NCBI GenBank assembly: GCA_903927505.1
Contig: CAIYNF010000059.1
Span: forward strand, 1-55,038
Reading direction: 5' to 3'
DNA length: 55,038 bases
Origin: an uncultured Bacteroidota bacterium
GTDB taxonomy: Bacteria > Bacteroidota > Bacteroidia > UKL13-3
The position numbers and the translations under genes are program-made. The notes below the pieces were generated by a model. The model saw only the letters and a program-made list of their open reading frames with translations, ran no database searches and was not told the origin of the DNA. Every line of letters begins with the position of its first letter. Position 1 is the stretch's first letter. Positions 9,016 through 20,000 of this stretch are shown here, one piece after another.

Positions 9016-11007
9016 GTGAGCACACAACATAAAAATGGCCACGGCCACCTCGACTCTCTTACCATTGGAGGCCTGGTAATCGCTCTTGGAATCATATACG
9101 GCGATATTGGAACTTCTCCTTTGTACGTATTAAAAGCCATTATTGGCGATAAAATCATTAGTAAGGAACTCATTTACGGAGGGCTTAGTTGTATCTTTTG
9201 GACCCTTACCCTACAAACTACTGTAAAGTATGTGATCATTACCCTAAGGGCTGATAATAATGGTGAGGGTGGTATTTTTTCATTATACGCATTGGTAAAA
9301 AGGCGCAGGCCACATCTTATACTTCCTGCAATTATTGGCGGTTGTGCCCTCCTTGCCGATGGTGTAATTACTCCTCCCATTTCTGTTGCCTCTGCGGTAG
9401 AAGGTTTGCGCATTATTAGACCAGATATTCCAACTGTTCCAATTGTACTCTTTCTGATTACTTTGTTATTTTTAGTTCAGAGAGGTGGTACTAATTTGGT
9501 AGGTAAGGCATTTGGTCCAATTATGTTTATTTGGTTTGGTATGTTAGCTGTTTTAGGTATTGCCAATATACCCTTGCATGCAGATGTTTTAAATTGTTTG
9601 AATCCTTATTATGCCTATAACCTTTTGGTAAATTACCCACAAGGTTTTTGGATTTTAGGTGCCGTTTTCCTTTGTACAACTGGAGCGGAAGCATTGTACT
9701 CTGATTTGGGGCATTGCGGAAGAAAAAATATTCGTATCAGCTGGATTTTTGTAAAGTCGTGTTTGTTGTTAAACTACTTCGGCCAAGGCGCGCAAATGCT
9801 TACCATGGAAGGCCAGCCATTGGGAAAAGTAAATCCTTTTTATTCTTTAATGTCGCCAGAGTTTTTACCATACGGAATTGTAGTTGCTACTTTGGCCGCC
9901 ATTATTGCCAGTCAGGCTTTAATCAGTGGTTCATTTACATTAATTTCTGAAGCAGTACGTTTAAATGTATGGCCAAAAGTTGCTGTTAAATATCCTTCAG
10001 ATTTAAAAGGTCAGTTATATGTACCTAGCGCCAATTGGATACTTTGGGCTGGTTGTATGTGGGTAGTAATTTATTTTAGAGAATCTGCTAATATGGATGC
10101 AGCTTATGGTTTGGCCATTACCATTGCCATGCTTTCTACCACTTTATTGCTGGCCAATTATTTACTAAGTAGAAAAGTGAACCGCTTTTTTGTGGCTACA
10201 CTTTTACTTATTTATGTTACCATAGAAGGGTCATTCTTGGTAGCCAATTTAATCAAATTTGAGCACGGTGGTTGGTTCAGTTTGTTGCTCAGTAGCTTCT
10301 TCATTTTTGTAATGTGGGTTTGGTATAGAGGAAGAAAAATTAAAAACCGTTTAACAGAATTTGTGTCCCTTAAAACCTATATCCCTGTTTTAAAGCAATT
10401 GAGTGAAGACAATTCTATTTCAAAATATTCTACCCACTTGGTGTATTTAACCAGTGCCGATACTTTGTACGAAGTTGAATCAAAAGTGATGTATTCTATC
10501 TTGCAAAAACGTCCGAAACGCGCAGATATCTATTGGTTTGTGCATATTAACGTAGATGAAAAACCTTATACCATGGAGTATAAAGTAGAGCACATTGTTC
10601 CCAATGATATTATTAAAATAGATTTCAAATTGGGCTTTAGGATTGAACAAAAAATTAATTTCTATTTTAGAAAAGTGGTAGAAGAATTGGTTCGAAACAA
10701 AGAAGTGGATGTTACTTCAAGGTATACCTCTTTGCGCGAGCAAAATATTACGGGTGATTTCCGTTTTGTTGTATTAAAACGTCACCTCTCGCACGAAAAT
10801 GATTTGAGTGGTTATGAGCGTTGGATCATGGATGCTTACTTTGCCCTCGACCGCTTTAGCATTAGTGAGGAGAAGGCTTTTGGCCTAGATACCTCTTCTG
10901 TTACAGTAGAAAAAGTGCCTTTGGTGATTTCGCCAATGAAGGAATTTAAATTGAAACGCGTATACGAAGAAGCGGGTCATTACGATTTAAATGCAGAAGC
11001 TGTTTAA
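9016..11007 (+). CDS. kup: KUP/HAK/KT potassium uptake protein
   Basis: GTG start. ..ALGIIYGDIGTSPLYV.. and ..NNGEGGIFSLYAL.. are hallmark Kup motifs; 663 aa with about 12 TM segments and a cytoplasmic tail. Confidence 0.9.
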   Translation: MSTQHKNGHGHLDSLTIGGLVIALGIIYGDIGTSPLYVLKAIIGDKIISKELIYGGLSCIFWTLTLQTTVKYVIITLRADNNGEGGIFSLYALVKRRRPHLILPAIIGGCALLADGVITPPISVASAVEGLRIIRPDIPTVPIVLFLITLLFLVQRGGTNLVGKAFGPIMFIWFGMLAVLGIANIPLHADVLNCLNPYYAYNLLVNYPQGFWILGAVFLCTTGAEALYSDLGHCGRKNIRISWIFVKSCLLLNYFGQGAQMLTMEGQPLGKVNPFYSLMSPEFLPYGIVVATLAAIIASQALISGSFTLISEAVRLNVWPKVAVKYPSDLKGQLYVPSANWILWAGCMWVVIYFRESANMDAAYGLAITIAMLSTTLLLANYLLSRKVNRFFVATLLLIYVTIEGSFLVANLIKFEHGGWFSLLLSSFFIFVMWVWYRGRKIKNRLTEFVSLKTYIPVLKQLSEDNSISKYSTHLVYLTSADTLYEVESKVMYSILQKRPKRADIYWFVHINVDEKPYTMEYKVEHIVPNDIIKIDFKLGFRIEQKINFYFRKVVEELVRNKEVDVTSRYTSLREQNITGDFRFVVLKRHLSHENDLSGYERWIMDAYFALDRFSISEEKAFGLDTSSVTVEKVPLVISPMKEFKLKRVYEEAGHYDLNAEAV

Positions 11008-11027
11008 CAGCTTTTGCATTTAAATTT
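10989..11027. terminator. Hairpin shared by convergent kup and methyltransferase genes
   Basis: AAATGCAGAAGCTG / CAGCTTTTGCATTT forms a 14-bp stem (one G.U) spanning the kup stop codon. It is followed by AAATTTT. Confidence 0.5.
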
Positions 11028-11038
11028 TACACACAAAC

Positions 11039-11833
11039 TTATTTAATTTTTAATACGTAATAACAAGTTGTTGTTACAAAATCTCTGATCCAAGGGAGTG
11101 CGCTAATAAAGGCAAATTGTTTTCTTGGCTTAGCCCCAAACTTGTATTTATAGCTTGGGTTAATTAAGTAAAACTCTCTTTGGGCAATGCTAAATCCAGC
11201 AGCCTTGGTAATGCGTTCGAACCTATTGATGCTAATTTGGGTTTCTTTTACTTCAAGGGTATCAATAATTCTACCTTCAATTTCGCCAAAAGCTTTCATA
11301 ATGCCTCTGTAAATAGGTGTTGGCAAAATATGGAAGTAAGGTAATTTTTCTAAAAACTTGCTGTCTAAACTTTGTTGGTGACCGCCATAAGGCATCAACC
11401 AAGGTGGAAAGGCAAAGAAAATAACCCCGTTTGGTTTCAAGAATTTGATAATATGTTTTACAAACTGTGCTTGTCCATGGATATGTTCAATGGTATCTTT
11501 CAATAATATGATATCATATTTTTCTGGCAAGTCGGCATCTGGGTTAATATCATAAACGTTCTTAGCAATAATTTCGGCCGAACCATTTGCGATTTCTTCT
11601 TTTAAGAACTCTTTGGCAATGGCACTGGCATGGTCTAATAATTCAATACCGGTTACCTTGCAACCTGCATTGGTAAATGCTTTACAAACACCGCCATAGC
11701 CGCTTCCTACTTCTAAAAAGCGCATGCCTTTTTCAATTTTCTTTTCGCGTTCAATAAATGGAATAATAAATTCCACTGTGGTGTCAAATTGTTGTTGAAA
11801 ATACCTGCTGTGGTTGCCTTGTAATTCTATCAT
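11039..11833 (-). CDS. Class I SAM-dependent methyltransferase
   Basis: SAM-binding motif I FLEVGSGYGGVCKAF and post-I ..VTGIE..; 264 aa. Confidence 0.7.
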   Translation of the reverse strand: MIELQGNHSRYFQQQFDTTVEFIIPFIEREKKIEKGMRFLEVGSGYGGVCKAFTNAGCKVTGIELLDHASAIAKEFLKEEIANGSAEIIAKNVYDINPDADLPEKYDIILLKDTIEHIHGQAQFVKHIIKFLKPNGVIFFAFPPWLMPYGGHQQSLDSKFLEKLPYFHILPTPIYRGIMKAFGEIEGRIIDTLEVKETQISINRFERITKAAGFSIAQREFYLINPSYKYKFGAKPRKQFAFISALPWIRDFVTTTCYYVLKIK

Positions 11834-11989
11834 AATAATCTTGCTTGAGGCGAAAATAAGGAATTTCTGCTTTTCTCCTTTGGGTTTATTTGATTCCTTA
11901 CAAATAGAAATGTAAGATTACTGTTAAGTTGAGCTATGGGCTATATAAGAAGTAAATTTGTGGCGTTAAGTTCACAAAAATAAATAAAT

Positions 11990-12400
11990 ATGGACCGTAG
12001 AGATTTTTTATCAAGTATTGGCGTGGGAGCGGCGTTTGCCTTAACGGCCTCATGCCTGGGTTCTTGCAAAAAGCAAGATGTTACCCCAAGTAGCGTAGAT
12101 TTTACTGTTGACTTAACAGCTTCAAGCAATGCAGCCTTAAAAGTGAAAGGCGGATATATTATCCAAAACCAAGTGGTAATTGCCCAAACTTTAAGTGGTA
12201 CTTATGCAGCTGCAACGGTAATATGCAGCCACCAAGGTGAATCGCGGGTGGTATATGATAAAATTAATAACCAATGGTATTGCGGAGCCCATGGCGCCAC
12301 ATTTGCCATAAATGGTTCAGGCGTAAACAACAACGGCAAAAACGGTTTAACCGTTTATAAAACTACCTTAACAGGCAATAACTTGAGGGTTTATTCGTAG
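11990..12400 (+). CDS. Small Rieske [2Fe-2S] domain protein with Tat-like signal and lipobox
   Basis: MDRRDFLSSIGVGAAFALTASCLGSC at the N-terminus. Rieske ligands are C-S-H, then 16 residues, then C-G-A-H (CSHQGESRVVYDKINNQWYCGAHG). Confidence 0.7.
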   Translation: MDRRDFLSSIGVGAAFALTASCLGSCKKQDVTPSSVDFTVDLTASSNAALKVKGGYIIQNQVVIAQTLSGTYAAATVICSHQGESRVVYDKINNQWYCGAHGATFAINGSGVNNNGKNGLTVYKTTLTGNNLRVYS

Positions 12401-12474
12401 CAAAAATTCACTGGTTATTAAATATTTAGTGGCAATTGTTTACATAGAAAAGAAATAGTTTTGAAGCCTATAAA

Positions 12475-13080
12475 TTAATTCGAAGTGTTTAATTTAAGAA
12501 ATAGCATTTTCTTTTTCTCGGCATGATTTTCAATATACTTATTTATATGCTTTAAAGTTTTTTTCGAAAAAATGCCTAGAGATTTTTCCCATAGAACTAT
12601 AAAAATATAATCTGAATTTTCAATTCTACGGTTCAAGTTAATTCTTTGGTCTGAGGTTAAATTGATTAAGGACAAATCATTTTCCAGCTTTAAACTATTA
12701 TTGCAATACCTACTTTTAAAGGTAACAAGTGAATCAGGAGGAGAGGTTAATGGAAAGAAATGTTCAATTTTACCGAAACAAACCTCCCATCCTGAAACCA
12801 AATTTCCTAAATTGTCGTAAACTCTTACTTGAACTGGTGAAATGCTTTCCACCGTTGGGATTGAATCCAACTTGAATTTGTCAAAATTCAAAGAGTCGTA
12901 ATAGGTATGGTTAATTTTAAATACATCCTCATTTACTTGAATATTATTTTTCTTTAGGTAAATTAATTGCTCAGAAATACTTTCACTTTTAGGTTTCGTA
13001 ATTCCAAATAGAATATAATATGGAATAGCACAACTTGAAATGAAAATTAGTAAAAGAAAGCCTAGACTAGCCTTTCTCAT
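12475..13080 (-). CDS. Hypothetical lipoprotein
   Basis: Signal/lipobox MRKASLGFLLLIFISSC. AT-rich, with no recognisable motif. It starts 2 nt after the guaB stop. Confidence 0.45.
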   Translation of the reverse strand: MRKASLGFLLLIFISSCAIPYYILFGITKPKSESISEQLIYLKKNNIQVNEDVFKINHTYYDSLNFDKFKLDSIPTVESISPVQVRVYDNLGNLVSGWEVCFGKIEHFFPLTSPPDSLVTFKSRYCNNSLKLENDLSLINLTSDQRINLNRRIENSDYIFIVLWEKSLGIFSKKTLKHINKYIENHAEKKKMLFLKLNTSN

Positions 13081-13082
13081 AA

Positions 13083-14558
13083 TTAATTCCTGCTATAGTT
13101 TGGCGCTTCTTTGGTAATGGTAATATCATGGGCATGGCTCTCTTTAGAACCTGCGCTGGTTATTTTTATGAACTTACCATTTTCTTGCAATTCTTCCACC
13201 GTTTTGGCGCCGCAATAACCCATACCTGCGCGCAAGCCTCCCACAAATTGGTATACTACTTCTTTTAGCAATCCTTTGAAGGGCACAATACCAACAATTC
13301 CTTCTGGAACCAATTTGGCAATTTCGTCTTCGGCATCTTGGAAATAACGGTCTTTGCTGCCTTCTTTCATGGCCTCAATAGAACCCATACCACGGTACGA
13401 TTTAAACTTACGTCCTTCGTAGATAATAGTTTCCCCTGGACTTTCTTCCACACCGGCAAAAATAGAACCACTCATTACGGTGCTGGCACCTGCGGCAAGA
13501 GCTTTTACTAAATCGCCACTGTAACGGATACCACCATCTGCAATTACTGGAACGCCGCTGCCCTTAATGGCTTTGGCTGCTTCATATACGGCGGTTAATT
13601 GTGGTACACCAATACCTGCAATAATACGGGTAGTACAAATTGAACCTGGTCCAACACCTACTTTAACGGCATCTACGCCCATATCTACCAATGCCCTTGC
13701 GGCATCGCCCGTTGCAATATTACCGGCAATAATATCAATACCTGTAAAGGCTTGTCTGAGGCGTTTTACCTCGTTCATAACACCTCTTGAATGTCCGTGA
13801 GCTGTATCAATAATAACTACATCTACACCTGCTTTAACCAATGCCGTAATACGTGCTTCGGTTTCTGCCGCTACACCTACTGCCGCGCCAACTATTAATC
13901 TGCCGTGTTGGTCTTTGCAAGCCATAGGATGGTCTTTAATTTTAAGGATGTCTTTGTAGGTAATCAATCCTTTTAACTTGCCATCTTTATCTATTACAGG
14001 AAGTTTTTCAATTTTGTATTCTTGTAAAATACTTTCGGCCATTTTTAAATCAGTACCTTCTGGAGCCGTAACCAAATTGTCTTTGGTCATTATTTCGGTC
14101 ACTGATCTGTTTAAATCTTTTTCAAAACGTAAATCGCGGTTGGTTAAAATTCCTACCAATTTGCCATTGTCGTTTACAATTGGGATGCCACCAATTTTAT
14201 TTTCACTCATAATGCGGTGTGCATCTTTTAAAGTGGCACCATCATGAAGTGTAAGTGGGTCCAAAATCATTCCGCTTTCACTTCTTTTAACCCTGCGCAC
14301 TTCATCGGCTTGGCGGTCTATGCTCATGTTTTTATGCAAAATACCAACGCCTCCTTGTTGCGCCAAAGCAATGGCCAACTTAGATTCTGTAACGGTATCC
14401 ATAGCAGCAGACAACATAGGAATGTTGATGCGGATATTTCGTGATAATTGAGTGGAAGTAATTACTTCTCTAGGAAGCACTTCGGAATAAGCTGGTAAAA
14501 GCAATACGTCGTCGTATGTTAAACCTTCACCGAAAAATTTTTTGTTGTCTTGGAACAT
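13083..14558 (-). CDS. guaB: IMP dehydrogenase
   Basis: Catalytic loop [12 protein letters not shown], a CBS pair (..[15 protein letters not shown]..) and GGIRYSGD. Confidence 0.95.
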   Translation of the reverse strand: MFQDNKKFFGEGLTYDDVLLLPAYSEVLPREVITSTQLSRNIRINIPMLSAAMDTVTESKLAIALAQQGGVGILHKNMSIDRQADEVRRVKRSESGMILDPLTLHDGATLKDAHRIMSENKIGGIPIVNDNGKLVGILTNRDLRFEKDLNRSVTEIMTKDNLVTAPEGTDLKMAESILQEYKIEKLPVIDKDGKLKGLITYKDILKIKDHPMACKDQHGRLIVGAAVGVAAETEARITALVKAGVDVVIIDTAHGHSRGVMNEVKRLRQAFTGIDIIAGNIATGDAARALVDMGVDAVKVGVGPGSICTTRIIAGIGVPQLTAVYEAAKAIKGSGVPVIADGGIRYSGDLVKALAAGASTVMSGSIFAGVEESPGETIIYEGRKFKSYRGMGSIEAMKEGSKDRYFQDAEDEIAKLVPEGIVGIVPFKGLLKEVVYQFVGGLRAGMGYCGAKTVEELQENGKFIKITSAGSKESHAHDITITKEAPNYSRN

Positions 14559-14585
14559 GGCAAATAATACCTTTTGTTATTTGCC
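14559..14585 (-). promoter_or_regulatory. Hairpin directly abutting the guaB start codon
   Basis: GGCAAATAA-N9-TTATTTGCC is a perfect 9-bp inverted repeat. It begins at the nucleotide next to the guaB ATG (14558-14556). Confidence 0.3.
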
Positions 14586-14756
14586 GTGCAAAGATAGTTT
14601 ACGGGGTACATAATACCAAAACAATTCCTGATGAGGCAATTGTAATACGTGGCAATGCCAATGGATAATGGCAATTTATAAATACAATTTTAAAATTTAA
14701 CATTGGCTTCGGGCAATTTTTAGGGGAGTATTCCTCAAAAACCCTTAACATTGAAT

Positions 14757-15248
14757 ATGGAAATTGTGAAACGTGAATCGCTTATTCAGCAATATGCTAG
14801 CCCATCGGAGTTGGTTCGAACCGACCAAGAATTACTGGAAGCAGCGAGAGGGGTAATGGAAAGTGCGTATGCGCCTTATTCACGCTTTTTAGTAGGATGT
14901 GCCTTGCGTTTACAAAACGGTGTCATCATAAAAGGGAGCAACCAAGAAAACATGGCCTTTCCGAGTGGTTTATGCGCCGAAAGGGTGGCCATATTTTATG
15001 CCGGAGCCAATTATCCGGATGTGCCAATAATAGAAATGGCCATTACTGCCCGGGCAATGGATTATGAATTAAAAGACCCCATTACTTGCTGTGGTGCCTG
15101 TTTGCAAAGTTTATCGGAATATGAATTGCGCTTTAAACAAACCATCAGAACAATATTGCAGGGGCATAATGGTCCGGTTTGGGTGGCAGAGGCAGGTATC
15201 AAAACCTTTTTGCCCTTTCAGTTTTATGTGCAAGAACTAAAAAAGTAA
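14757..15248 (+). CDS. cdd: Cytidine deaminase
   Basis: Zn ligand motifs CAERVAIF and CCGACLQ. The tracked ORF starts at TTG 14751; ATG 14757 is more likely. Confidence 0.8.
   Translation: MEIVKRESLIQQYASPSELVRTDQELLEAARGVMESAYAPYSRFLVGCALRLQNGVIIKGSNQENMAFPSGLCAERVAIFYAGANYPDVPIIEMAITARAMDYELKDPITCCGACLQSLSEYELRFKQTIRTILQGHNGPVWVAEAGIKTFLPFQFYVQELKK
14811..14824. repeat. Iterated palindrome copy TTGGTTCGAACCGA
   Basis: Exact GGTTCGAACC at 14813-14822 inside cdd, read as L-V-R-T. The 14-mer is identical to the copy at 1481. Confidence 0.9.
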
Positions 15249-15251
15249 GTC

Positions 15252-16853
15252 ATGCTGGTAAAAGGTCAATTAGTAGATATTGCAAACAAGAATATTTTTC
15301 CTGCGGCTGTTCACATAGAAAATGGAATTATTCAATCAATAGAAGAACTGGCAGAGGCCCCGCAAAGGTTTATAATGCCAGGCTTTATAGATGCGCATGT
15401 GCATATTGAAAGTTCGCTCATGGCGCCTTCGCAATTTGCAAGGATGGCGCTAACACATGGCACCATTGCCAGTATCAGCGACCCACATGAAATAGCCAAT
15501 GTGCTTGGTTTGAAAGGCGTTGAATTTATGATTGAAAATGGAAATACGGTTCCGTTTTATTTCAATTTTGGGGCACCCTCTTGTGTACCAGCCACCACTT
15601 TTGAAACGGCTGGCGCCACTTTAAATGCGCAGGAAGTTGCTGCCTTATTAGAAAATCCAAACATTCTATACCTTACAGAAATGATGAATTTTCCGGGCGT
15701 AATTTATGACGATCCAGAAGTTCATGAGAAAATAAAAGCGGCCCATAGATTGGGAAAACCCATTGATGGCCATGCACCTGGACTTAGTGGTGAAGCGTTG
15801 CGTAAATATGTGGCTGCAGGAATAAGTACCGACCATGAATGTTTTACCCTTGAAGAGGCCTTGGAGAAGTTGAAATTGGGTATGAAAATTTTGATCCGTG
15901 AAGGAAGTGCCGCTAGAAATTTTGAAACCCTAATTCCATTGATGGATTTGCATTTCGCAAACCTCATGTTTTGTAGCGACGACAAACACCCAGATTCTTT
16001 ATTGGCAGGACATATCAATCAATTGGTGGCAAGGGCTGTGGCAAAGGGCAATGATTTGTTTAAAGTTTTACAAGTGGCCTGTCTCAACCCAATAGAACAT
16101 TACCAAATGAAACATGGTGCCTTGCAAGTGGGCGATGCCGCAGACTTTATTGTGGTAGAAGATTTGGTAAATTTTAAAGTAAGCGAAACTTTTATCAAAG
16201 GAAACAAAGTAGCCGAAAATAGAAATTGCTTGTTTGAAAGTGAAGCCTTTGAATGCATCAATAATTTTACGGCCGAACCAATAATTGCAAGTGATTTGGC
16301 TTACAGCCCCAATGCGCAAGAGCCTGTAATTGTTTGTTTGGATGGACAATTAATTACCGATAAAATTTTTGTTGCACCGCATGAAATTGGCTGCGAAAAT
16401 GATATTTTAAAACTGGTGGTTTTAAACCGCTACCAAAACAGCAAACCTGCTATTGCCTTTATCAAAAATTTTGGCCTAAAAACGGGTGCCATTGCCGGTT
16501 CTGTTGCACATGACAGTCATAATATTATTGCAGTAGGGACCAACGACGAACAAATTTGTGCAGCCATTAATCAGGTTATTTATAATAAAGGAGCCTTGGT
16601 GGCTTGCAACGAAAAAGAAAGCCATGTTATTCCTTTGCCTTTAGCGGGTTTAATGAGCAACCAAGAGGCGTGGCAGCTTGCAAAAGATTATATTGCTTTG
16701 GATCAGTTTAGTAAAAAAGAGCTTGGTTCGACCCTAAAAGCGCCTTTTATGAGTTTGTCTTTTATGGCTTTATTGGTTATTCCACACCTGAAATTGAGCG
16801 ATAAAGGCTTGTTTGATGGCGATACCTTTTCTTTTGTGCATCAAATTTCCTAA
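15252..16853 (+). CDS. ade: Adenine deaminase (amidohydrolase family)
   Basis: Metal motif [13 protein letters not shown]; 533 aa. It starts 3 nt after the cdd stop. Confidence 0.85.
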   Translation: MLVKGQLVDIANKNIFPAAVHIENGIIQSIEELAEAPQRFIMPGFIDAHVHIESSLMAPSQFARMALTHGTIASISDPHEIANVLGLKGVEFMIENGNTVPFYFNFGAPSCVPATTFETAGATLNAQEVAALLENPNILYLTEMMNFPGVIYDDPEVHEKIKAAHRLGKPIDGHAPGLSGEALRKYVAAGISTDHECFTLEEALEKLKLGMKILIREGSAARNFETLIPLMDLHFANLMFCSDDKHPDSLLAGHINQLVARAVAKGNDLFKVLQVACLNPIEHYQMKHGALQVGDAADFIVVEDLVNFKVSETFIKGNKVAENRNCLFESEAFECINNFTAEPIIASDLAYSPNAQEPVIVCLDGQLITDKIFVAPHEIGCENDILKLVVLNRYQNSKPAIAFIKNFGLKTGAIAGSVAHDSHNIIAVGTNDEQICAAINQVIYNKGALVACNEKESHVIPLPLAGLMSNQEAWQLAKDYIALDQFSKKELGSTLKAPFMSLSFMALLVIPHLKLSDKGLFDGDTFSFVHQIS

Positions 16854-17009
16854 GCCCCGTTTTGAATTTAACGTAATATTTTTTTCTTTTGGCTTATTCT
16901 TGTTTTTATTTTGAAACTAATAATTACGCATAACAATACCCCTTTGCCCAACGTTAATGATCCGTTACGTAGCATTTATGTATATAAACTAAAAACTGTT
17001 TAAGAGATC

Positions 17010-20000
17010 ATGTTGCCTAACCAATTACTTCTTCAGAAACTTGATGCGTTTATCAGGAAATATTATAAGAATCTCCTCTTAAAAGGCAGTATCATTTTTT
17101 TGGGATTATTTGTTGCTGTGTTTTTGCTTATTTCTTTGTTGGAATATTTTGGAAGGTATACCAGCGGCGTGCGAGAAATATTATTTTTTAGCTTGTTGTT
17201 TTTGTCCCTTGTTTTGTTGGTAAAGTTTGTAATTATTCCGCTAGCGCATCTATTAAAAATTGGCAAACAAATTTCACATGAACAGGCTGCAAGCATTATA
17301 GGAAAGCACTTTAGCGGCATTTCAGATAAATTAACCAATACCTTGCAATTGTTAAAAGAAGTTGGTTCGAACCAAGACTTGTTGCTAGCGGCCATTGCGC
17401 AAAAATCTGAAAATCTTTCGCCCATTCCGTTTACTGCAGCAGTAGATTACAAGGCAAATTTAAAATATGCGCGTTGGGCAATTGTTCCAGTTGTCTTTTT
17501 ATTGCTGTTGTTAATTGTATCGCCAAGTTTGGTGAGCGATGGTGCCACACGCGTGTTTCAATATAAAACAGTATTTAAAGTTCCGGCGCCATTTAATTTT
17601 CAAATAGAAAACAAAGCGCTAAAGGCAAATCAGTACCAAGATTTTGAGTTAAAAGTAAATGTAAGTGGAAAGGAAATTCCCAATGAAGTTTTTATTCATT
17701 ACAATAAGCAAACCTTGCATTTAGAAAAAATGGATGCCACGCATTTTTCGTTTGTTTTTAGAAATGTACAAAACAGTTTTCCTTTTTATTTAGAGGCCTT
17801 GGGTTTTGAAGATGCAGAACAAGTTTTGGAGGTAAAAGCAAAACCTGTGATGTTAAACTATTCTGTTAGCTTACAATTTCCCAGTTATTTGCATCAAAAG
17901 GAGGAGCTAATTGTTAATCCTGGTGATATATCTATTCCGGCTGGAACTACTGTAAAATGGCAGTTTTTGAGCAAGCAAACTGATGAAATTTTGCTTCAAT
18001 TTAACCAATTATTGGCGCATGCCAATTCAAAAGATTTTGCTCATTTTACTTATAGCAGAAAATTCTTTTTAGCAGATTCATATACCATTAAATTAGGAAA
18101 GGAAAAGGAGTTAAATGGTGATTCATTGCATTTTCATATTGAGGTGATTCCAGATGCTTTTCCAGCTATACAAATGGAAGAACAAAAAGATACCCTTAGT
18201 GGAAAGTTCATTTATTTTGGTGGTGAAGCTTCAGACGATCATGGATTGAGTAAACTTAGTTTTAATTACCGCTTTTTAAAATCGAGTGTCAAACAAAAAA
18301 CAGACAAAGGATTGCAATCGCAAAATTTGCCAATTGCTTTGGATAAAAATTTAAATATCAACCATGTTTTTAATTTGTATGAAATAGACTTTGCCCAAGG
18401 TGATGAATTGGAATACTATTTTGAAATTTGGGACAATGATGGGGTGCATGGGCCAAAAAGCACGAGAAGCAAAGTATTTGCTGTAAAAGCGCCAGACAAA
18501 GCCCAAATAAAGGAAGACGCAGCATCTAACAGCAAAGCTTTAGAAGAAAAAATGGAGGCCACCCTCAAGGAATCAAAAGATTTGGCAAAGGAGTTAAAAG
18601 AGATTCAGAAAAAGCTTAAAACGCAACAACCACTTACTTGGGAAGAAAAGAAAAAGTTAGAAAACATTACGCAACGCCAGAAAGATTTGGCGCAAAAAAT
18701 GGAAGAACTTCAAAAAGATTTTAAAGTTAAAAATCAAAAAGAACAATCTTTCAAAGAAGAAGACCAACGCATTTTAGAAAAGCAAAAAGAATTGCAAAAA
18801 ATGTATGAGGAATTGCTTACCGACGACATGAAAAAGTTGATGAAGCAATTGGAAGATATGATGAAGGTGCAAAACAAAGACCTCATTAAAAAGGAACTCG
18901 ATAAGATGGAAATGAACAACAAAGATGTGGAGAAGGAACTCGACAGAATGTTGGAAATGTATAAGAATTTGGAAGTGGAAAAGAAGATGGAGGAAGTGAA
19001 GAAAAATTTAGATGATTTAGCCCAAAAACAAAAGGACCTTGCCAAAGAAACGGAAGATAAATCTAGCAATAAGGAAGCGCTTAAACAGAAGCAGGACGAG
19101 CTAAGTAAGGATTTTAAAGACCTGCAAAAAGACTTGCAAGATTTAGCTAAAAAGAACCAAGAATTGGAAACGCCAAAAGAGTTGGCGGATACCAAAGAAC
19201 AAGAAAAAAAGATTGCAGATAAAATGCAAAACAGCAGTGAGGAATTGCAAAAAGGAAATAACAAGAAAAGTTCCAAAGAACAGCAGGAAGCTGCTGACGA
19301 AATGGAGCAAATGAGTCAGAAAATGCAAGACCAACAAGAAAAAGAAGAGGAAGAAAAGGCGGAGGTAGATGAAAAGGCTTTGCGTGAAATTTTAGAGAAC
19401 TTGATTCAGCTGAGTAAAGACCAAGAAAAATTGATGACACAAATGCAAAGTATCAATGGATACAATCCGCAATTTGTGAAATTGGCACAAGAGCAAAAGG
19501 TATTGAAAGACAATGCCAAAATGATTGAAGATAGCCTTTTGGCTTTGAGTAAAAATGTTCCCGAAATTAAGGCTTTTGTAAACAGAGAAGTTACCAAAAT
19601 GAACAATCATTTGGAAAATGCCAATACCAATTATTCTATCCGAAATACGCAAGAAATAAGGGTTCAACAGCAATATGCCATGACCCGCATGAATAACTTG
19701 GGTGTGATGTTGAGCGATGCATTGCAGCAATTGCAGCAGCAAATGCAAGAGAAAAAACAAGGTAAAAGCAAAGGCAATAAAGGTAAACCACAAAAGAAGC
19801 CTGGTGCAGGAAAATCTAGCATGAGTCAGTTAAAGAAAATGCAAGAGGAAATGAACAAGCAAATGCGCGAAGGGATGAATAAAAATGGTACGGGCGAAAA
19901 AGGAAAATCTGGCAGCGAACAATTTGCACGTATGTCTGCGCAACAAATGGCCATTAGGCAACAAATGCAAAAAATGCTGAGCCAAATGGATGCTTTGGAG

